Below, piece by piece: positions 18,170 to 28,715 of a stretch of 64,000 nt of DNA. The notes under the pieces were generated by a model that made no database searches, had not been told where the DNA came from, and saw only the letters and a program-made list of their open reading frames with translations. Made by a program: the position numbers and the translations under genes. The DNA is taken from contig JAXLYM010000003.1 in the NCBI GenBank assembly GCA_046351455.1, forward strand, positions 280,364-344,363, given 5' to 3'. How positions within the stretch are numbered: position 1 is the stretch's first letter; each line of letters opens with the position of its first letter. Source of the DNA: Polyangiaceae bacterium (GTDB taxonomy: Bacteria; Myxococcota_A; Polyangia; Polyangiales; Polyangiaceae).

Positions 18170-20032
18170 ATGGCAACTGCTGAACGAACCAGGGGAGGTC
18201 GCGCAGACGCGGAGAACGCGGCCAGAACGGTCGGCGCTTCGCCTGTGCGATCTCGGCTCGCGGCGCAAATCGCGCTCGCGATCGCGGTCTCTGTGGTGCC
18301 GTTGCTCTCGGGGTGCCGGGTCGATCAGAACGACCTCCACCGCTGGGAGACGACGGATCGCGGACCGCGGAAGCTTTGTGCCGTGCTCGTCCACGACAAG
18401 TACGACATCAACCTCCGAGTCGAGGCGGCCCTCGCCCTGATCCGGATGAAGCCTCGATCCGGCCGTCGGCCTGCGTTCTCGCAGATCGATCCGGACGGTG
18501 ATCTCGACGCATGCAAGCGCACCTTCGTGGACGCGCTCGCGGCCGTCCCGTCCGACACGCGGCAGACGATCGTCAAGAACCTCATCCCGCAGATCATCAC
18601 GGAGCTGAAGAAGCCGCCGCCCGTCGGGCAAGCGGGCCAGCCTTCGCCGCCGGATCCGTCGTTCCCCTACAAGGACGCGGCGTTCGCGATGCTCGGAGCC
18701 GATCGCAACCCGGTCCTCTCGGACGAGGGGTTGAAGCAGGATCTGCGAGCCGCGCTGATCGAGTGGGCGATGGCCGACTTCGAGCACCGCCTGGACAACC
18801 GCACGCAGCTCTACGGCATGGAGCAGCTGCTCCGCACGATCGGCCCGACGTCGGTCGTGGGCCTGCCCAAGCTGATGACGCGGGACTCGCGACGCCTGGA
18901 TCAAATGGCCGCGCTCGTCGCCGAGCTGGGCGACGCGAAGACGAAGGAGGCCGCGTCCGCCGCGCTCGTCGCCGTCGCGAAGTACGTCGCGTCGGAAGAG
19001 TGGATGAAGGTGAAGAAGCCGGAGCTCGAAGCCGCGAACACCGCGTCGAAGCTCCAGCCCACGCCCGACCAGTTCCAGATGCAGCTCATCAGCTACCAGG
19101 GCGAAGAGCTGATGCGCGCGTTCGGCTCGCTGAAGCGCGTCGGAGGCCGCCCGGCGATCGACTTCTGCCTCGGCTTCGCGGGCGACAAGGGCCCGGATCT
19201 CGGCAAGCGACCCGAGGCCGCGGACGCGAAGGCCGACAAGGAGACGAAGGAGAAGGCCGCCACCGCGCAGGCCCTCTGGGACCTGAAGAAGGAGCAGATC
19301 GAGAAGCGGCGGCAGGCCGCGCTCGCCGCGCTCGAAGGCCACCTCGATCGCAACAACTCGGACGACATCAAGCGCATCCTCGACATCGCGAAGAGCGACG
19401 CGCCCGACTCGATCCTGGACCTCGCGTTCCGCCGCGTGGGAGAGCTCCCGCGCGAGGCCGTCGTCGACAAGCTCTACGACCTCTTCAAGGGCGACAAGTG
19501 GAAGATCCGGCGCGTCGCCGCGGCGACGGTGCTCAAGATGAGCACCATGAAGCACGTCGACGAGTTCATGAGCAAGCTGCCCGCCGACGGCAAGAACTTC
19601 GCCATGGCCGAGGCGATCACGTACGGTGCGCTCATCGGCGATCTGAAGGAAGGCAAGGCCACGGAGGCGCTCAAGAAGCACCTCACGAGCGGCCCCGGCG
19701 TCGTCCGCACGACGGCGCTGTCCTACTACCTGACGCTCGCCGACAAGACGCAGATCGACGACGTGAAGCCTCTCGAATCGGACTCCACGCAAGCCCCGAC
19801 CTGCGATGTGGATCCGGACTGCAAGTGGGCCTGCGAGGTCGCCAAGGAAGGCGCGAAAGACCCGAAGGAACGCGAGCAGAAAGACATCAAGACGGTGGGT
19901 GACTTCGTGAAGTACTGCGTCGAGCCCGCGATGCTCGACAGGGCTCCCGAGCCGAAGAAGGACGCGCCCAAGCAAGAAGAGAAGAAGGACGCGCCCAAGC
20001 AGGAAGAGCCGAAGAAGGACGAGAAGAAATGA
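18170..20032 (+). CDS. HEAT/PBS-lyase-like repeat lipoprotein with a Lys/Glu-rich C-terminal tail
   Basis: The real start is an internal Met (MATAERTRGG...) of tracked ORF 17528..20032. The lipobox is VSVVPLLSGC. HEAT-like motifs are DINLRVEAALALIRM and KWKIRRVAAATVLKM. The C-terminus has KKDAPKQEE repeats. Confidence 0.7.
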   Translation: MATAERTRGGRADAENAARTVGASPVRSRLAAQIALAIAVSVVPLLSGCRVDQNDLHRWETTDRGPRKLCAVLVHDKYDINLRVEAALALIRMKPRSGRRPAFSQIDPDGDLDACKRTFVDALAAVPSDTRQTIVKNLIPQIITELKKPPPVGQAGQPSPPDPSFPYKDAAFAMLGADRNPVLSDEGLKQDLRAALIEWAMADFEHRLDNRTQLYGMEQLLRTIGPTSVVGLPKLMTRDSRRLDQMAALVAELGDAKTKEAASAALVAVAKYVASEEWMKVKKPELEAANTASKLQPTPDQFQMQLISYQGEELMRAFGSLKRVGGRPAIDFCLGFAGDKGPDLGKRPEAADAKADKETKEKAATAQALWDLKKEQIEKRRQAALAALEGHLDRNNSDDIKRILDIAKSDAPDSILDLAFRRVGELPREAVVDKLYDLFKGDKWKIRRVAAATVLKMSTMKHVDEFMSKLPADGKNFAMAEAITYGALIGDLKEGKATEALKKHLTSGPGVVRTTALSYYLTLADKTQIDDVKPLESDSTQAPTCDVDPDCKWACEVAKEGAKDPKEREQKDIKTVGDFVKYCVEPAMLDRAPEPKKDAPKQEEKKDAPKQEEPKKDEKK

Positions 20033-21501
20033 GCGCGGATCCCAACAAGAAAAGCGCACGCACATTTCAGTGTCGCGACGTCCTGTGGGAGACGTTCGAG
20101 CAGATGGCGCGCGAGCTCGAGTGCTCGATCGACTACCTGATCAACGAATCGATGAAGCAGTACGCGCGCCAGCGGAGCTACAGCCCGCGGACGCCGTTCC
20201 CTGGTGGCACGCGTGAAGGCGCGCCCGGCTCCGGTCCGCACGCCGCGGTGCCCGGTCCCGGCGCGGTCCCCCCGCCGCCTCCTTCGCCTCCGCAAGGCTT
20301 CTCGGCCACGCCGCCTCCTGGTCTCGACATGACGGGCGCGAAGCCGGGTTATCCGCCGCCGCCCGGCGCCATGGATATGGGCGGTCCGCCGAAGCCGGGT
20401 TACCCGCCGATCCCTGGTGGTCCTGCGGTGCCGCCGCCTCCGCCCACGGGCGTCTCCGGTCAGTATCCGGGCGTGCCCGGGCCGCCTCCGCCTCCGATGG
20501 TCGGGGCCGGTGGTCCGCCGCCTCCGCCACCGCCGGCGGGCTTCGGTCAGGCGCCTCCGCCTCCGCCTGGACCGCCCGGCGCGTACACGCCTCCCCCGCC
20601 GATTCCGGGGCTCGCTCCGCTTCCGGGGCCGCGTCCGGGTGGCCCGCCGCCGCCTCCGCCTCCGATGGGCGGCGCCAAGCGTCCGAGCGTGCCTGCGCCG
20701 CCTCCGGCGCCGAGCGGTGTGCGTCCGCCGCCTCCGCCGCCGAGCGCGCGTCTCGCTCCGCCGCCGCCTCCGCCTCCCGGTGGAACGGTCCGGCCGATGG
20801 CGCCGCGCGCTCCTGGATCCGCGCCGCCTCCGCCGCCTCCGCCCGGCACGGGTGGCTCTGGCCAATACGGCGCGCCGCCGCCTCCGCCTCCGATGGGCGG
20901 CGGGATGGCGCCGCCTCCGCCGCCTCCGATGGGTGGCGGGATGGGCGGGCCGCCCCCGCCTCCGATGGGCCTCGGTGGTCCGCCGCCCGGAATGCAGATG
21001 CCGCCTCCGCCCGGAATCCCCGGCGGCGGTCCGCCCATGCCTCCGGCGCCGCCTCCGATGGGCGGTGGAATGCCGCCTCCGCCGCCGATCCCGGCCGGTC
21101 CGCCGCCCATGCAGCCGGCGCCGATCCAGCCGCCCGGCCCGGTGATGGCGCCGCCGCCTCCGTTCGGGATGCAGCAGCCGCCGCCCCCGCCGATCACGGG
21201 CCCCGGCGCAGGCGGGATGCCGCCGCTCCAGGCCTTCTACGGTGGCCAGAAGTTCGCGGTGAACAAGGATCGCTTCATCATCGGCCGCGGCAAGCAGTCG
21301 AGCGATCTCACGATCAAGGACCCGAACGTGTCGCGCCAGCACGCGATGGTCGAGTACCTCAACGGCCAGTTCTACATGGTCGACATGGGCTCGACGAACG
21401 GCGTCGAATACAACGGCCAGCGCATCGCGCGGAAGGCGATCGCCGAAGGCGACATGTTCCGCATCTGCGACCATGAGGTCCGCTTCTCGTACCGCGGCTG
21501 A
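20029..21501 (+). CDS. FHA-domain protein with a roughly 330-aa polyproline/PPPP(M)GGG low-complexity linker
   Basis: The ATGA overlap joins it to the upstream gene. The C-terminal FHA domain is FIIGRGKQSSDLTIKDPNVSRQHAMVEYLNGQFYMVDMGSTNGVEYNGQRI. Confidence 0.8.
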   Translation: MSADPNKKSARTFQCRDVLWETFEQMARELECSIDYLINESMKQYARQRSYSPRTPFPGGTREGAPGSGPHAAVPGPGAVPPPPPSPPQGFSATPPPGLDMTGAKPGYPPPPGAMDMGGPPKPGYPPIPGGPAVPPPPPTGVSGQYPGVPGPPPPPMVGAGGPPPPPPPAGFGQAPPPPPGPPGAYTPPPPIPGLAPLPGPRPGGPPPPPPPMGGAKRPSVPAPPPAPSGVRPPPPPPSARLAPPPPPPPGGTVRPMAPRAPGSAPPPPPPPGTGGSGQYGAPPPPPPMGGGMAPPPPPPMGGGMGGPPPPPMGLGGPPPGMQMPPPPGIPGGGPPMPPAPPPMGGGMPPPPPIPAGPPPMQPAPIQPPGPVMAPPPPFGMQQPPPPPITGPGAGGMPPLQAFYGGQKFAVNKDRFIIGRGKQSSDLTIKDPNVSRQHAMVEYLNGQFYMVDMGSTNGVEYNGQRIARKAIAEGDMFRICDHEVRFSYRG

Positions 21502-22804
21502 TCGCCTCAAGACCGCTGCGTTTCCCCTCGGAATCGCGGCGGTCGTCCTCTCCCTCACAGCTTCGTTCTCCGCGCCCGCGAGCGCCGGCCTCGGTCCTCC
21601 GTGGGTCGCGAAGGGCGACGTGCCGCTGCCCTCGTGGGTCAAGAGCGCGCGCGTCCTCCGCGCGGACGAGCCGATCGTCGCGACGCCTTCGAAATCCGGC
21701 AAGAAGCGCGGCGCCGCGGGCCGTGAGGCTCGGCTCCCGGTGTTCGGCGCGCGCGTGGGTCCGGGGTGCGCGGGCCGCTTCATCCACGTCGGCCCCTTCG
21801 CGTGGATCTGCGACGCCGCGCTGGAGCTGTCCGGCAACGCGCCCGTCCGCGCGAGCGCCCACACCTTCGCGGACCCGAAGGACGGCCTCCCGTACCGCTA
21901 CTACTTCGTCGGCCCCGACGGCTCCTCCGCGTACCGCAGGCTCGACGCGGTGGACCTCGGCGATCCGCAGATGCAGCTCGATCCCGGCTTCGCGGTCGCG
22001 GTGATCGAAGAGCGCACGTACGAGGGCGATCTGTACGGCCGCACGTCGCACAACCTCTGGGTGCCGATGCGCGATCTCGGCCCCTCGCGGCCGTCCACCC
22101 TGCACGGCGAGGTGCTGCCCGGCGCGTACACGCTCCCGTCGACGCCGGGGCCGATGCCGTTCGCGTGGGTGCTCCCCGACAAGGTCCGCGTGCGCAAGAG
22201 CCCAGGCGGCGCGCCGACGTCCACGACGCGCCTCCGCTTCGACGTGGTGCCGGTGCTCGAAGAGGCGCAGTCCGGCCGCTACCTGCGCATCGGCGCGTCC
22301 GAGTGGATCGCCGCGAGCGACGTGCGCCGCGCGTCCGTCAGCGATCCGCCGAAGGAGGTCAACGTCGACACCGGCGAGAAGTGGATCGACGTCGAGCTCG
22401 CGACGCAGACGCTCGTCGCTTACGAGGGCAAAAAGCCTGTCTTCGCGACGCTCGTCTCCACCGGAAAAGGCAAGCAGGGCACCGGCAACGCGACCCCGAT
22501 CGGCGTGAACCGCATCTGGATCAAGCTGCTCTCCACCGACATGGACAACCTCGAGGACGAGAACGCGTCGCGCTACTACCGCATGGAGAGCGTCCCGTAC
22601 GTGCAGTTCTTCTCGAAGGGCGTCGCCCTCCACGGCGCGTACTGGCATCGCTCGTTCGGCAACGTGCGCAGCCACGGCTGCGTGAACCTCTCGCCGCTCG
22701 ATGCGCAGCGCCTCTTCTGGTGGACGGGCCCGCGCTTGCCTGCGGGGTGGACGGCCTCGCTCCCGATGCCGCACGAACCGGGCACCGTGATACGAGTGCG
22801 GTGA
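21473..22804 (+). CDS. L,D-transpeptidase (YkuD domain) with signal peptide
   Basis: The catalytic motif is HGAYWHRSFGNVRSHGCVNLS. The N-terminal signal is LGIAAVVLSLTASFSAPASA. It overlaps the upstream gene end, so the true start may lie slightly downstream. Confidence 0.8.
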   Translation: MRSASRTAADRLKTAAFPLGIAAVVLSLTASFSAPASAGLGPPWVAKGDVPLPSWVKSARVLRADEPIVATPSKSGKKRGAAGREARLPVFGARVGPGCAGRFIHVGPFAWICDAALELSGNAPVRASAHTFADPKDGLPYRYYFVGPDGSSAYRRLDAVDLGDPQMQLDPGFAVAVIEERTYEGDLYGRTSHNLWVPMRDLGPSRPSTLHGEVLPGAYTLPSTPGPMPFAWVLPDKVRVRKSPGGAPTSTTRLRFDVVPVLEEAQSGRYLRIGASEWIAASDVRRASVSDPPKEVNVDTGEKWIDVELATQTLVAYEGKKPVFATLVSTGKGKQGTGNATPIGVNRIWIKLLSTDMDNLEDENASRYYRMESVPYVQFFSKGVALHGAYWHRSFGNVRSHGCVNLSPLDAQRLFWWTGPRLPAGWTASLPMPHEPGTVIRVR

Positions 22805-24531
22805 TGCCGTCGATCCTCGGAGCCGTCCGCGATCTCAACCGCCTCCGCCAGATCTACCTGGTGCTCGTCCGCCACGGCTTCGGCGAGATCGCGCAGCGCC
22901 TCGGCTTCGGCGGCGCCGCGAAGAAGGGAAAAGCGGGCGTCCCCGAGCTGCCCGCGCCGCCCCCGGATCTCGGCGAAGAAGCGGCGAACCTCGTCGTGCC
23001 CGACGCGGAGACGGAGCGCGGCGAAAAGGAAAAGAAGACGATCTCGCTCCCCGAGCGCGGCCGCATGGTCCTCATGGATCTCGGCCCCTCGTTCGTGAAG
23101 CTCGGCCAGATCGCCTCCACGCGACCCGACGTGCTCCCCGCGGAGTGGATCAAGGAGCTGAAGAAGCTCCAGGACGAGGTGACGCCCCTCCCCTTCGACG
23201 ACATCAAGGCCGCGGTCGAGTCGTCGCTCGGAGCTTCGATCCAGGACATTTACGACCGCTTCGACGAGAAGCCTCTCGCGGCCGCGTCGATCGGCCAGGT
23301 GCACCGCGCGGTGCTGAAGACGGAGGACGGCCCGAAGGACGTCGTCGTGAAGGTGCAGCGCCCCAGCGTGCGCGAGACGGTGGTGCGCGATCTGGAGCTG
23401 CTCCACATGCTCGCGGGCCTCGTCGAGCGCGCGATCCCCGAGTCGAAGATCTACTCGCCGGTCGCGCTCGTGGATCAGTTCGATCGCGCGATCACGAGCG
23501 AGCTCGATTTCAAGCTGGAGGCCGAGCACTCGCAGCGCTTCACGCAGAACTTCGCGGGCAAGGACGTCGCGCGGTTCCCCAAGGTCTACAAGCAGGCGAC
23601 GACGAACCGCGTGCTCACGATCGAGTTCTTCGACGGCTACAAGATCTACGACGCGGTCAAGAGCCGCGGCTTCGAGGGCCCGAAGATCGCGAAGGTGTCG
23701 GTGCAGATCATCATCAAGATGATCTTCGAAGACGGCTTTTTTCACGCCGATCCGCACCCCGGCAACCTCTTCATCATGGGCACGCCGGAGCGCCCGTGCG
23801 TCGGCTTCATCGACCTCGGGATGGTGGGCCGTCTGTCGCCGGAGATGCGCGAGAAGACGATCGACCTCATGGTCGCGGCGGTGCGTCAGGACTACGTCGG
23901 CATCGCGGACGCGCTCTACGCGATCGCGACGCCGACGAAGAAGGTCGACATGCGCGCGTACCGGGCCGAGGTCGCGATGCTCAGCGAGAAGTATCTCGGC
24001 CGCCCGCTGAAGGAGATCAACCTCTCGGCGATGATCGGCGATCTCGTGTACGGCGCGACGAAGTACGGCCTCGAGATCCCGCCGGACTTCCTGCTCGTCG
24101 GCAAGGCGCTGATGACGGTGGAGGGCGTCGGCAAGGAGATCGACCCGGAGCTCGACGTCTACGGCGAGGCGCGCCCGTATTTCCTCGACCTCCTCAAGAA
24201 GCGTTACTCCCCCGAGCGCCTCACGATGGACCTCTACCGCGGCGTGGAGCGCCTCAGCACCGCCGCGTACGAGCTGCCGCCGCTCACGCGCGAGATCCTC
24301 GACGATCTCCGGCTCGGTCGCCTCTCGTTGGTGGTGAACGATCCGGCCTTGCGCCCGGCCGCGGAGCGAGTGGGCGCGCGCATCTTCGCGGGGCTCGCGA
24401 TGATCGCCTTCCTCGGCAGCGGCTCCTTGCTCTTGGCGGCGCACGCGCAAGAGGTGCTCGGCGTCGTTCTGATCGTCCTCGGCGTCCTGGTGCTGTTGAT
24501 CCACATGACGCTGAACGCCCTACGAAAATAG
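22804..24531 (+). CDS. ABC1/UbiB-family atypical kinase with C-terminal TM helices
   Basis: The real start is an internal Met (MPSILGAVRDLNRLRQIY) of tracked ORF 21766..24531. Motifs LGASIQDIYDRFDEKPLAAASIGQVHRAVL and FFHADPHPGNLFI are typical of UbiB/AarF. Confidence 0.85.
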   Translation: MPSILGAVRDLNRLRQIYLVLVRHGFGEIAQRLGFGGAAKKGKAGVPELPAPPPDLGEEAANLVVPDAETERGEKEKKTISLPERGRMVLMDLGPSFVKLGQIASTRPDVLPAEWIKELKKLQDEVTPLPFDDIKAAVESSLGASIQDIYDRFDEKPLAAASIGQVHRAVLKTEDGPKDVVVKVQRPSVRETVVRDLELLHMLAGLVERAIPESKIYSPVALVDQFDRAITSELDFKLEAEHSQRFTQNFAGKDVARFPKVYKQATTNRVLTIEFFDGYKIYDAVKSRGFEGPKIAKVSVQIIIKMIFEDGFFHADPHPGNLFIMGTPERPCVGFIDLGMVGRLSPEMREKTIDLMVAAVRQDYVGIADALYAIATPTKKVDMRAYRAEVAMLSEKYLGRPLKEINLSAMIGDLVYGATKYGLEIPPDFLLVGKALMTVEGVGKEIDPELDVYGEARPYFLDLLKKRYSPERLTMDLYRGVERLSTAAYELPPLTREILDDLRLGRLSLVVNDPALRPAAERVGARIFAGLAMIAFLGSGSLLLAAHAQEVLGVVLIVLGVLVLLIHMTLNALRK

Positions 24532-24550
24532 GCAAATTCGAAACGAATCG

Positions 24551-25600
24551 CTAGATCTCGACGGCGCGCACGATCACCTCTTCCGCCGCGCGTGATGCGT
24601 CCGCGCGTGAGGCTTCGGCGATCACCTTCGGCTCTCCGTCGACGCGATCGAAGATCTGCGAGCGGCCCTCGAAGTGGTTGTCGAGCACGTCGCCGAGCAA
24701 GTGCGCGGTCACGGCGTAGCGGAGGTGCGGGAGGCGCGGGGAACGCAGCGAGGCTTCGAGGCCCTCGCTCTGCCACTGCTCGCGGCGGAGCTGGCGCTCT
24801 CCTTCGGCCGCGAACACCCAGCGCTCGTCCCACGGCCACGGGTTCGCCGCAGGGTGCGCGAGGATCGATGCGCCGCGCGCGTCACACACCGGGGCCATGC
24901 GCTGAAACGAAGGCTCGCGCTCCGTGTGCGGCACCAGGAAGCCGTCGTAACAAATCAGCGTCGCCACGCGGCCGAACGGCGCCTCGAACGGACGCACGTC
25001 CGCGGCGTCTCCCGGCGACAAACCGAGCGCGTCCTCCAGCGTCGGCACCAGGTTCACCTTGCGCGTCGTCGCCACGTGCGCGCCGTCCGGACCGAACGCG
25101 TACGACGTGTTGAACACGCGACCGTCCAGCGGCTCGAAGGCCTCCGCGGTCTCGCCGCGCGCGTTCCTCGGCAAGAGCGCGCTGCCCGCGACCACCCACG
25201 CGCCGTGGCGCCTCGCGAAGGCCGAGAACGCCGACCGATAGATGCGGTGCACGTCCGCCGCCGCCGACAGGAGGAACCCCACCTTCGGCGAGAGGACATG
25301 TCCCTTTCGCATCGCGCGGACCACCTCCGGCAAGCGCCGCAGCGCCACGCGGGTGAGCGCGCCGTCCGTCGTGCGCGCGCCCCGGATCACGCGATCGCGG
25401 CCCGCGACGGGGAGGAACGCCCCCACCATCTCCGGAAAGACCGCGACGCACGCGTGACGCGGCCGCCCCGCGGAGTCCTTCTCCCGCGCGCGATCCAGGG
25501 CGTTTCCAGCCCGATCCAGCATCGCGAGGAAGCTCGCCTCCGACGTGTAGTCCGCGAGGGTGACATGGACCTGACAGGCCGCGAGCTCGATCCGAGGCAT
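24551..25600 (-). CDS. Carbon-nitrogen hydrolase (nitrilase superfamily)
   Basis: Nitrilase-fold motifs include VAVFPEM and the catalytic Cys context [11 protein letters not shown]. Confidence 0.75.
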   Translation of the reverse strand: MPRIELAACQVHVTLADYTSEASFLAMLDRAGNALDRAREKDSAGRPRHACVAVFPEMVGAFLPVAGRDRVIRGARTTDGALTRVALRRLPEVVRAMRKGHVLSPKVGFLLSAAADVHRIYRSAFSAFARRHGAWVVAGSALLPRNARGETAEAFEPLDGRVFNTSYAFGPDGAHVATTRKVNLVPTLEDALGLSPGDAADVRPFEAPFGRVATLICYDGFLVPHTEREPSFQRMAPVCDARGASILAHPAANPWPWDERWVFAAEGERQLRREQWQSEGLEASLRSPRLPHLRYAVTAHLLGDVLDNHFEGRSQIFDRVDGEPKVIAEASRADASRAAEEVIVRAVEI

Positions 25601-25681
25601 GTTTCTTTCCTACTCCTCACGGCGCATCGCGAGAACATCGCGCTTTCGCACCGCGCCCTCTTTGGACTACGAAAGGGGTTC

Positions 25682-26374
25682 GTGACGGCCAAGAAGAAGA
25701 TCCTCCTCATCGAGGACGAGCCGCACATCGTGCTCGGCCTGACCGACGCCCTCGAATTCGAGGGGTTCTGCGTCGTGTCGGCGAACAAGGGCAAGGACGG
25801 CGTGCAACTCGCGCGGCACGAGAAGCCGGACGCGATCCTCCTCGACCTGATGCTGCCCGACACGAACGGCTTCAAGGTGTGCGAGGAGCTGCGTCGCTGG
25901 GACGCGTTCGTGCCCATCCTGATGCTGACGGCGCGCTCGCAGGAGGTCGACAAGATCCGCGGCCTCGACGCCGGCGCGGACGACTACGTGACGAAGCCCT
26001 TCAGCGTCGGCGAGCTGATCGCGCGCATCCGTGCGCTCTTCCGTCGCGCGGCGCGCCCCTCCGAGGCGACCGCGGAGACGTTCACGATCGGCGAGGCGTC
26101 GGTGAACCTCACGACGCACACGCTCACGCGCGGAGGCAAGGCGTCGCAGCTCTCGTTCTACGAGGTGGAGCTTTTGCGCCTGCTCAACGAGCGCATCGGC
26201 CAGCCCGTGCACCGCGACGAGATCCTCCAGAAGATCTGGGGCGTGGAGGGCACGCCGTCGAACCGCACCGTCGACAACTTCATCGTGAAGCTGCGCAAGA
26301 AGGTCGAGAAATCGCCGGACAAACCCGAGCACATCCTCACGGTGTACGGGTACGGGTACAAACTGGCCCCTTGA
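25682..26374 (+). CDS. OmpR-family response regulator (REC plus winged-helix DNA-binding domain)
   Basis: GTG start at [17 protein letters not shown] inside tracked ORF 24674..26374. The phospho-acceptor context is [13 protein letters not shown]. The wHTH is [16 protein letters not shown]...[11 protein letters not shown]. Confidence 0.85.
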   Translation: MTAKKKILLIEDEPHIVLGLTDALEFEGFCVVSANKGKDGVQLARHEKPDAILLDLMLPDTNGFKVCEELRRWDAFVPILMLTARSQEVDKIRGLDAGADDYVTKPFSVGELIARIRALFRRAARPSEATAETFTIGEASVNLTTHTLTRGGKASQLSFYEVELLRLLNERIGQPVHRDEILQKIWGVEGTPSNRTVDNFIVKLRKKVEKSPDKPEHILTVYGYGYKLAP

Positions 26375-26496
26375 CCGTACGCGGGCGGCTCCGCGGCGAC
26401 GTTCCACAGAGCGGCTATCGAGGGGGCGGCGAACAGAGTAGTCTCGGCGCCTCTGCGCCTCGTTCTCTCGGGGCCGCTTGCTTTCAGGGACGCTCG

Positions 26497-28620
26497 ATGA
26501 AGACACGCCACCTCCTCTCGTTGGGGCTCGCCGCGCTGTTCGTTTATCTCGTGGGGCCGGGCTGTACGCAGGACTTCGGGGCCTTTCAGCCGTGCGAGGT
26601 CGGGCAGAAGCCGTGCGACGACGGCTGCCACACCCTGCAGGACCCGACGCACGGCTGCGCGGCGGTCGCGTGCGATCCGTGCGCCATCCCGAACGCGGCG
26701 GCCGCCTGCGTGCTCGGGAACAGCAGCTACCAGTGCGCGGTCGGCACGTGCCTCGAAGGCCACCGGAACTGCGACGGCCTCGACGCGAACGGCTGCGAGG
26801 TGGACCCCGACACCGATCCTCTGAACTGCGGCGCCTGCGGCAACAAGTGTGTGACGCCCCACGCGACGCCCGCGTGCGATGCGGGCCAGTGCGCCATCGA
26901 CACGTGCGACGAGGGCTTCGGCGACTGCTCGGGCGGCGCGACGGACGGCTGCGAGAGCGACCTTCAGAACGACCCCGAGCACTGCGGCGACTGCGCCACG
27001 CAATGCGGCCAGGATCAGTCCTGTCAGGCCGGCAAATGCACCCTCCAGTGCCCCCCGGACAAGGGGGATTGCAACAGCGACCCATCGGACGGCTGCGAGA
27101 CCGATCTCGGCACGGGCCTGAACTGCGCCTTCTGCGGCGACAAATGCGATCTGCCGAACGCCGCGGCCCAGTGCCAGGCCGGCATGTGCGTGGTGCAGAG
27201 CTGCGCGAACGGCTTCGGCGACTGCGACGGGATGGCGGCGAACGGGTGCGAGGCGGACACGAAGAATTCCGCGCTGACGTGCGGCACCTGCGACAACGCC
27301 TGTCCGAACGGCCCGAACGGCACCACCGTGTGCAATAATGGCACGTGCGGGATCAACTGCGACGCTGGCTTCGCCAACTGCGATGGTCAAGTGGCGACCG
27401 GCTGCGAGACCGACCTGAACAGCGACGTCGATCACTGCGGCGGCTGCAACTCCCCTTGTAGCCCCGCGAACGGCGTCGGCGTGTGCAATGGCGGTCAGTG
27501 CGCGGTCCAGATGTGCAATGGCACCTTCGCCGACTGCGACATGGGCGCGGCGAACGGGTGCGAGATCAACACTGCCACGTCCGCGCAGAACTGCGGCATG
27601 TGCGGGAAGGTCTGCATCTTCGCGCACGCGCAAGCCAACTGCGCCGCCGGCAACTGCCAGCTCGGCAACTGCAACGCTGGATTCGGCAACTGCAATAGCG
27701 ACCCAGCGGACGGCTGCGAGCTGCCGACGACGGCGGACGTGAACAACTGCGGCGGCTGCGGCAACGTGTGCCCCGGCGGCCCCGGCGGGACGGCGGTGTG
27801 CACCAACGGAGTGTGCGCGATCGCCTGCGATGCGGGCTTCGGCGACTGCGATAACGACGCCTCGAACGGGTGCGAGACGGCGCTCGACAACAGCGTGCAG
27901 AACTGCGGCGCGTGCGGTCACGTGTGCCAGACGTCGAACGGCGCCGTGGCGTCGCTGAGCTGCTCCGGCGGCCTCTGCAGCTCCGCGTGTGACATCGGCC
28001 GCGCGAACTGCAGCTATCCGTCCTCGCCGGCGCAGGACGACGGCTGCGAGCTGAACGCCTCGAACAGCAGCACGAACTGCGGCGGATGCGGCAACGCGTG
28101 CACGGCGCAGGGCAACCCGCAGAACCCGCTCCAGTGTGTATACAACGCACCTGGTGTGCAGAACCTGTGCGGTTGTTTCCAGAATTCGCAGTGTGACGGC
28201 GACGGTCCGGGCGGCCCGGCGCAAGGCTCTTGCAACAACGGCCTTTGTTCGTGCAACGGCACGGCCTGCGCGTCGGGAGAGGCGTGCGCCTCGCAGGGCG
28301 GCGTCAACGTGTGCTCGTGCGCGGCTGCGGGCGGAGCGGCCTGCGCCGCAGGTGAGACGTGCTGTGTGAGCCCGGCCGGTTGCAAGAACCTGCGCGCGGA
28401 CCCGCTGAGCTGCGGCGCCTGCGGCCACGCGTGCACGGAGGGCTTCATCTGCTTCGATCTGGGCGTGAACGCGGCACCGGAGTGCCGGTGCGACGCCGCC
28501 CTCGACTGCAACGCAGGCACGAGCGGCACCTTCGCGTGCAGCGCCGCCGGCCGCTGCGTGTGCGGCGGCCAGACATGCGGCGTCGGCGAGCGCTGCCAGG
28601 CCAACGGCCAGTGCGGCTGA
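26497..28620 (+). CDS. Secreted lipoprotein built from about 13 tandem myxobacterial-type Cys-rich repeats (consensus NCGxCGNxC, GFxDCDG, NGCE)
   Basis: The real start is an internal Met (MKTRHLLSLGLAALFVYLVGPGC, a lipobox) of tracked ORF 25879..28620. The roughly 40-aa Cys-rich units recur throughout. Confidence 0.85.
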   Translation: MKTRHLLSLGLAALFVYLVGPGCTQDFGAFQPCEVGQKPCDDGCHTLQDPTHGCAAVACDPCAIPNAAAACVLGNSSYQCAVGTCLEGHRNCDGLDANGCEVDPDTDPLNCGACGNKCVTPHATPACDAGQCAIDTCDEGFGDCSGGATDGCESDLQNDPEHCGDCATQCGQDQSCQAGKCTLQCPPDKGDCNSDPSDGCETDLGTGLNCAFCGDKCDLPNAAAQCQAGMCVVQSCANGFGDCDGMAANGCEADTKNSALTCGTCDNACPNGPNGTTVCNNGTCGINCDAGFANCDGQVATGCETDLNSDVDHCGGCNSPCSPANGVGVCNGGQCAVQMCNGTFADCDMGAANGCEINTATSAQNCGMCGKVCIFAHAQANCAAGNCQLGNCNAGFGNCNSDPADGCELPTTADVNNCGGCGNVCPGGPGGTAVCTNGVCAIACDAGFGDCDNDASNGCETALDNSVQNCGACGHVCQTSNGAVASLSCSGGLCSSACDIGRANCSYPSSPAQDDGCELNASNSSTNCGGCGNACTAQGNPQNPLQCVYNAPGVQNLCGCFQNSQCDGDGPGGPAQGSCNNGLCSCNGTACASGEACASQGGVNVCSCAAAGGAACAAGETCCVSPAGCKNLRADPLSCGACGHACTEGFICFDLGVNAAPECRCDAALDCNAGTSGTFACSAAGRCVCGGQTCGVGERCQANGQCG

Positions 28621-28715
28621 TCGATCGGTGATTGGGGGGTCTGGTGAAGGGCGCCGCGCACGTTGACCGCGATCGGGACGCGCGCGGGGCGCCCGGCTTG
28701 TGCTAGCGGTTCGGC

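Noticed and set aside
14051-20065. ORFs 14051..15181, 14707..18006, 15797..17410, 16334..17506, 18128..20065, 18511..19902 and the first 214 codons of 17528..20032
   Set aside because: All are R/A/G-rich shadows of ftsK and the HEAT-repeat gene. None has Walker or other motifs.
19726-24504. ORFs 19726..21864 (-), 20417..21145 (+), 20547..21197 (-), 21359..22774 (-), 22576..24504 (-) and the 5' part of 21766..24531
   Set aside because: These are poly-Arg or poly-Gly translations of the Pro-rich FHA gene and the Ldt/UbiB genes on wrong frames or strands.
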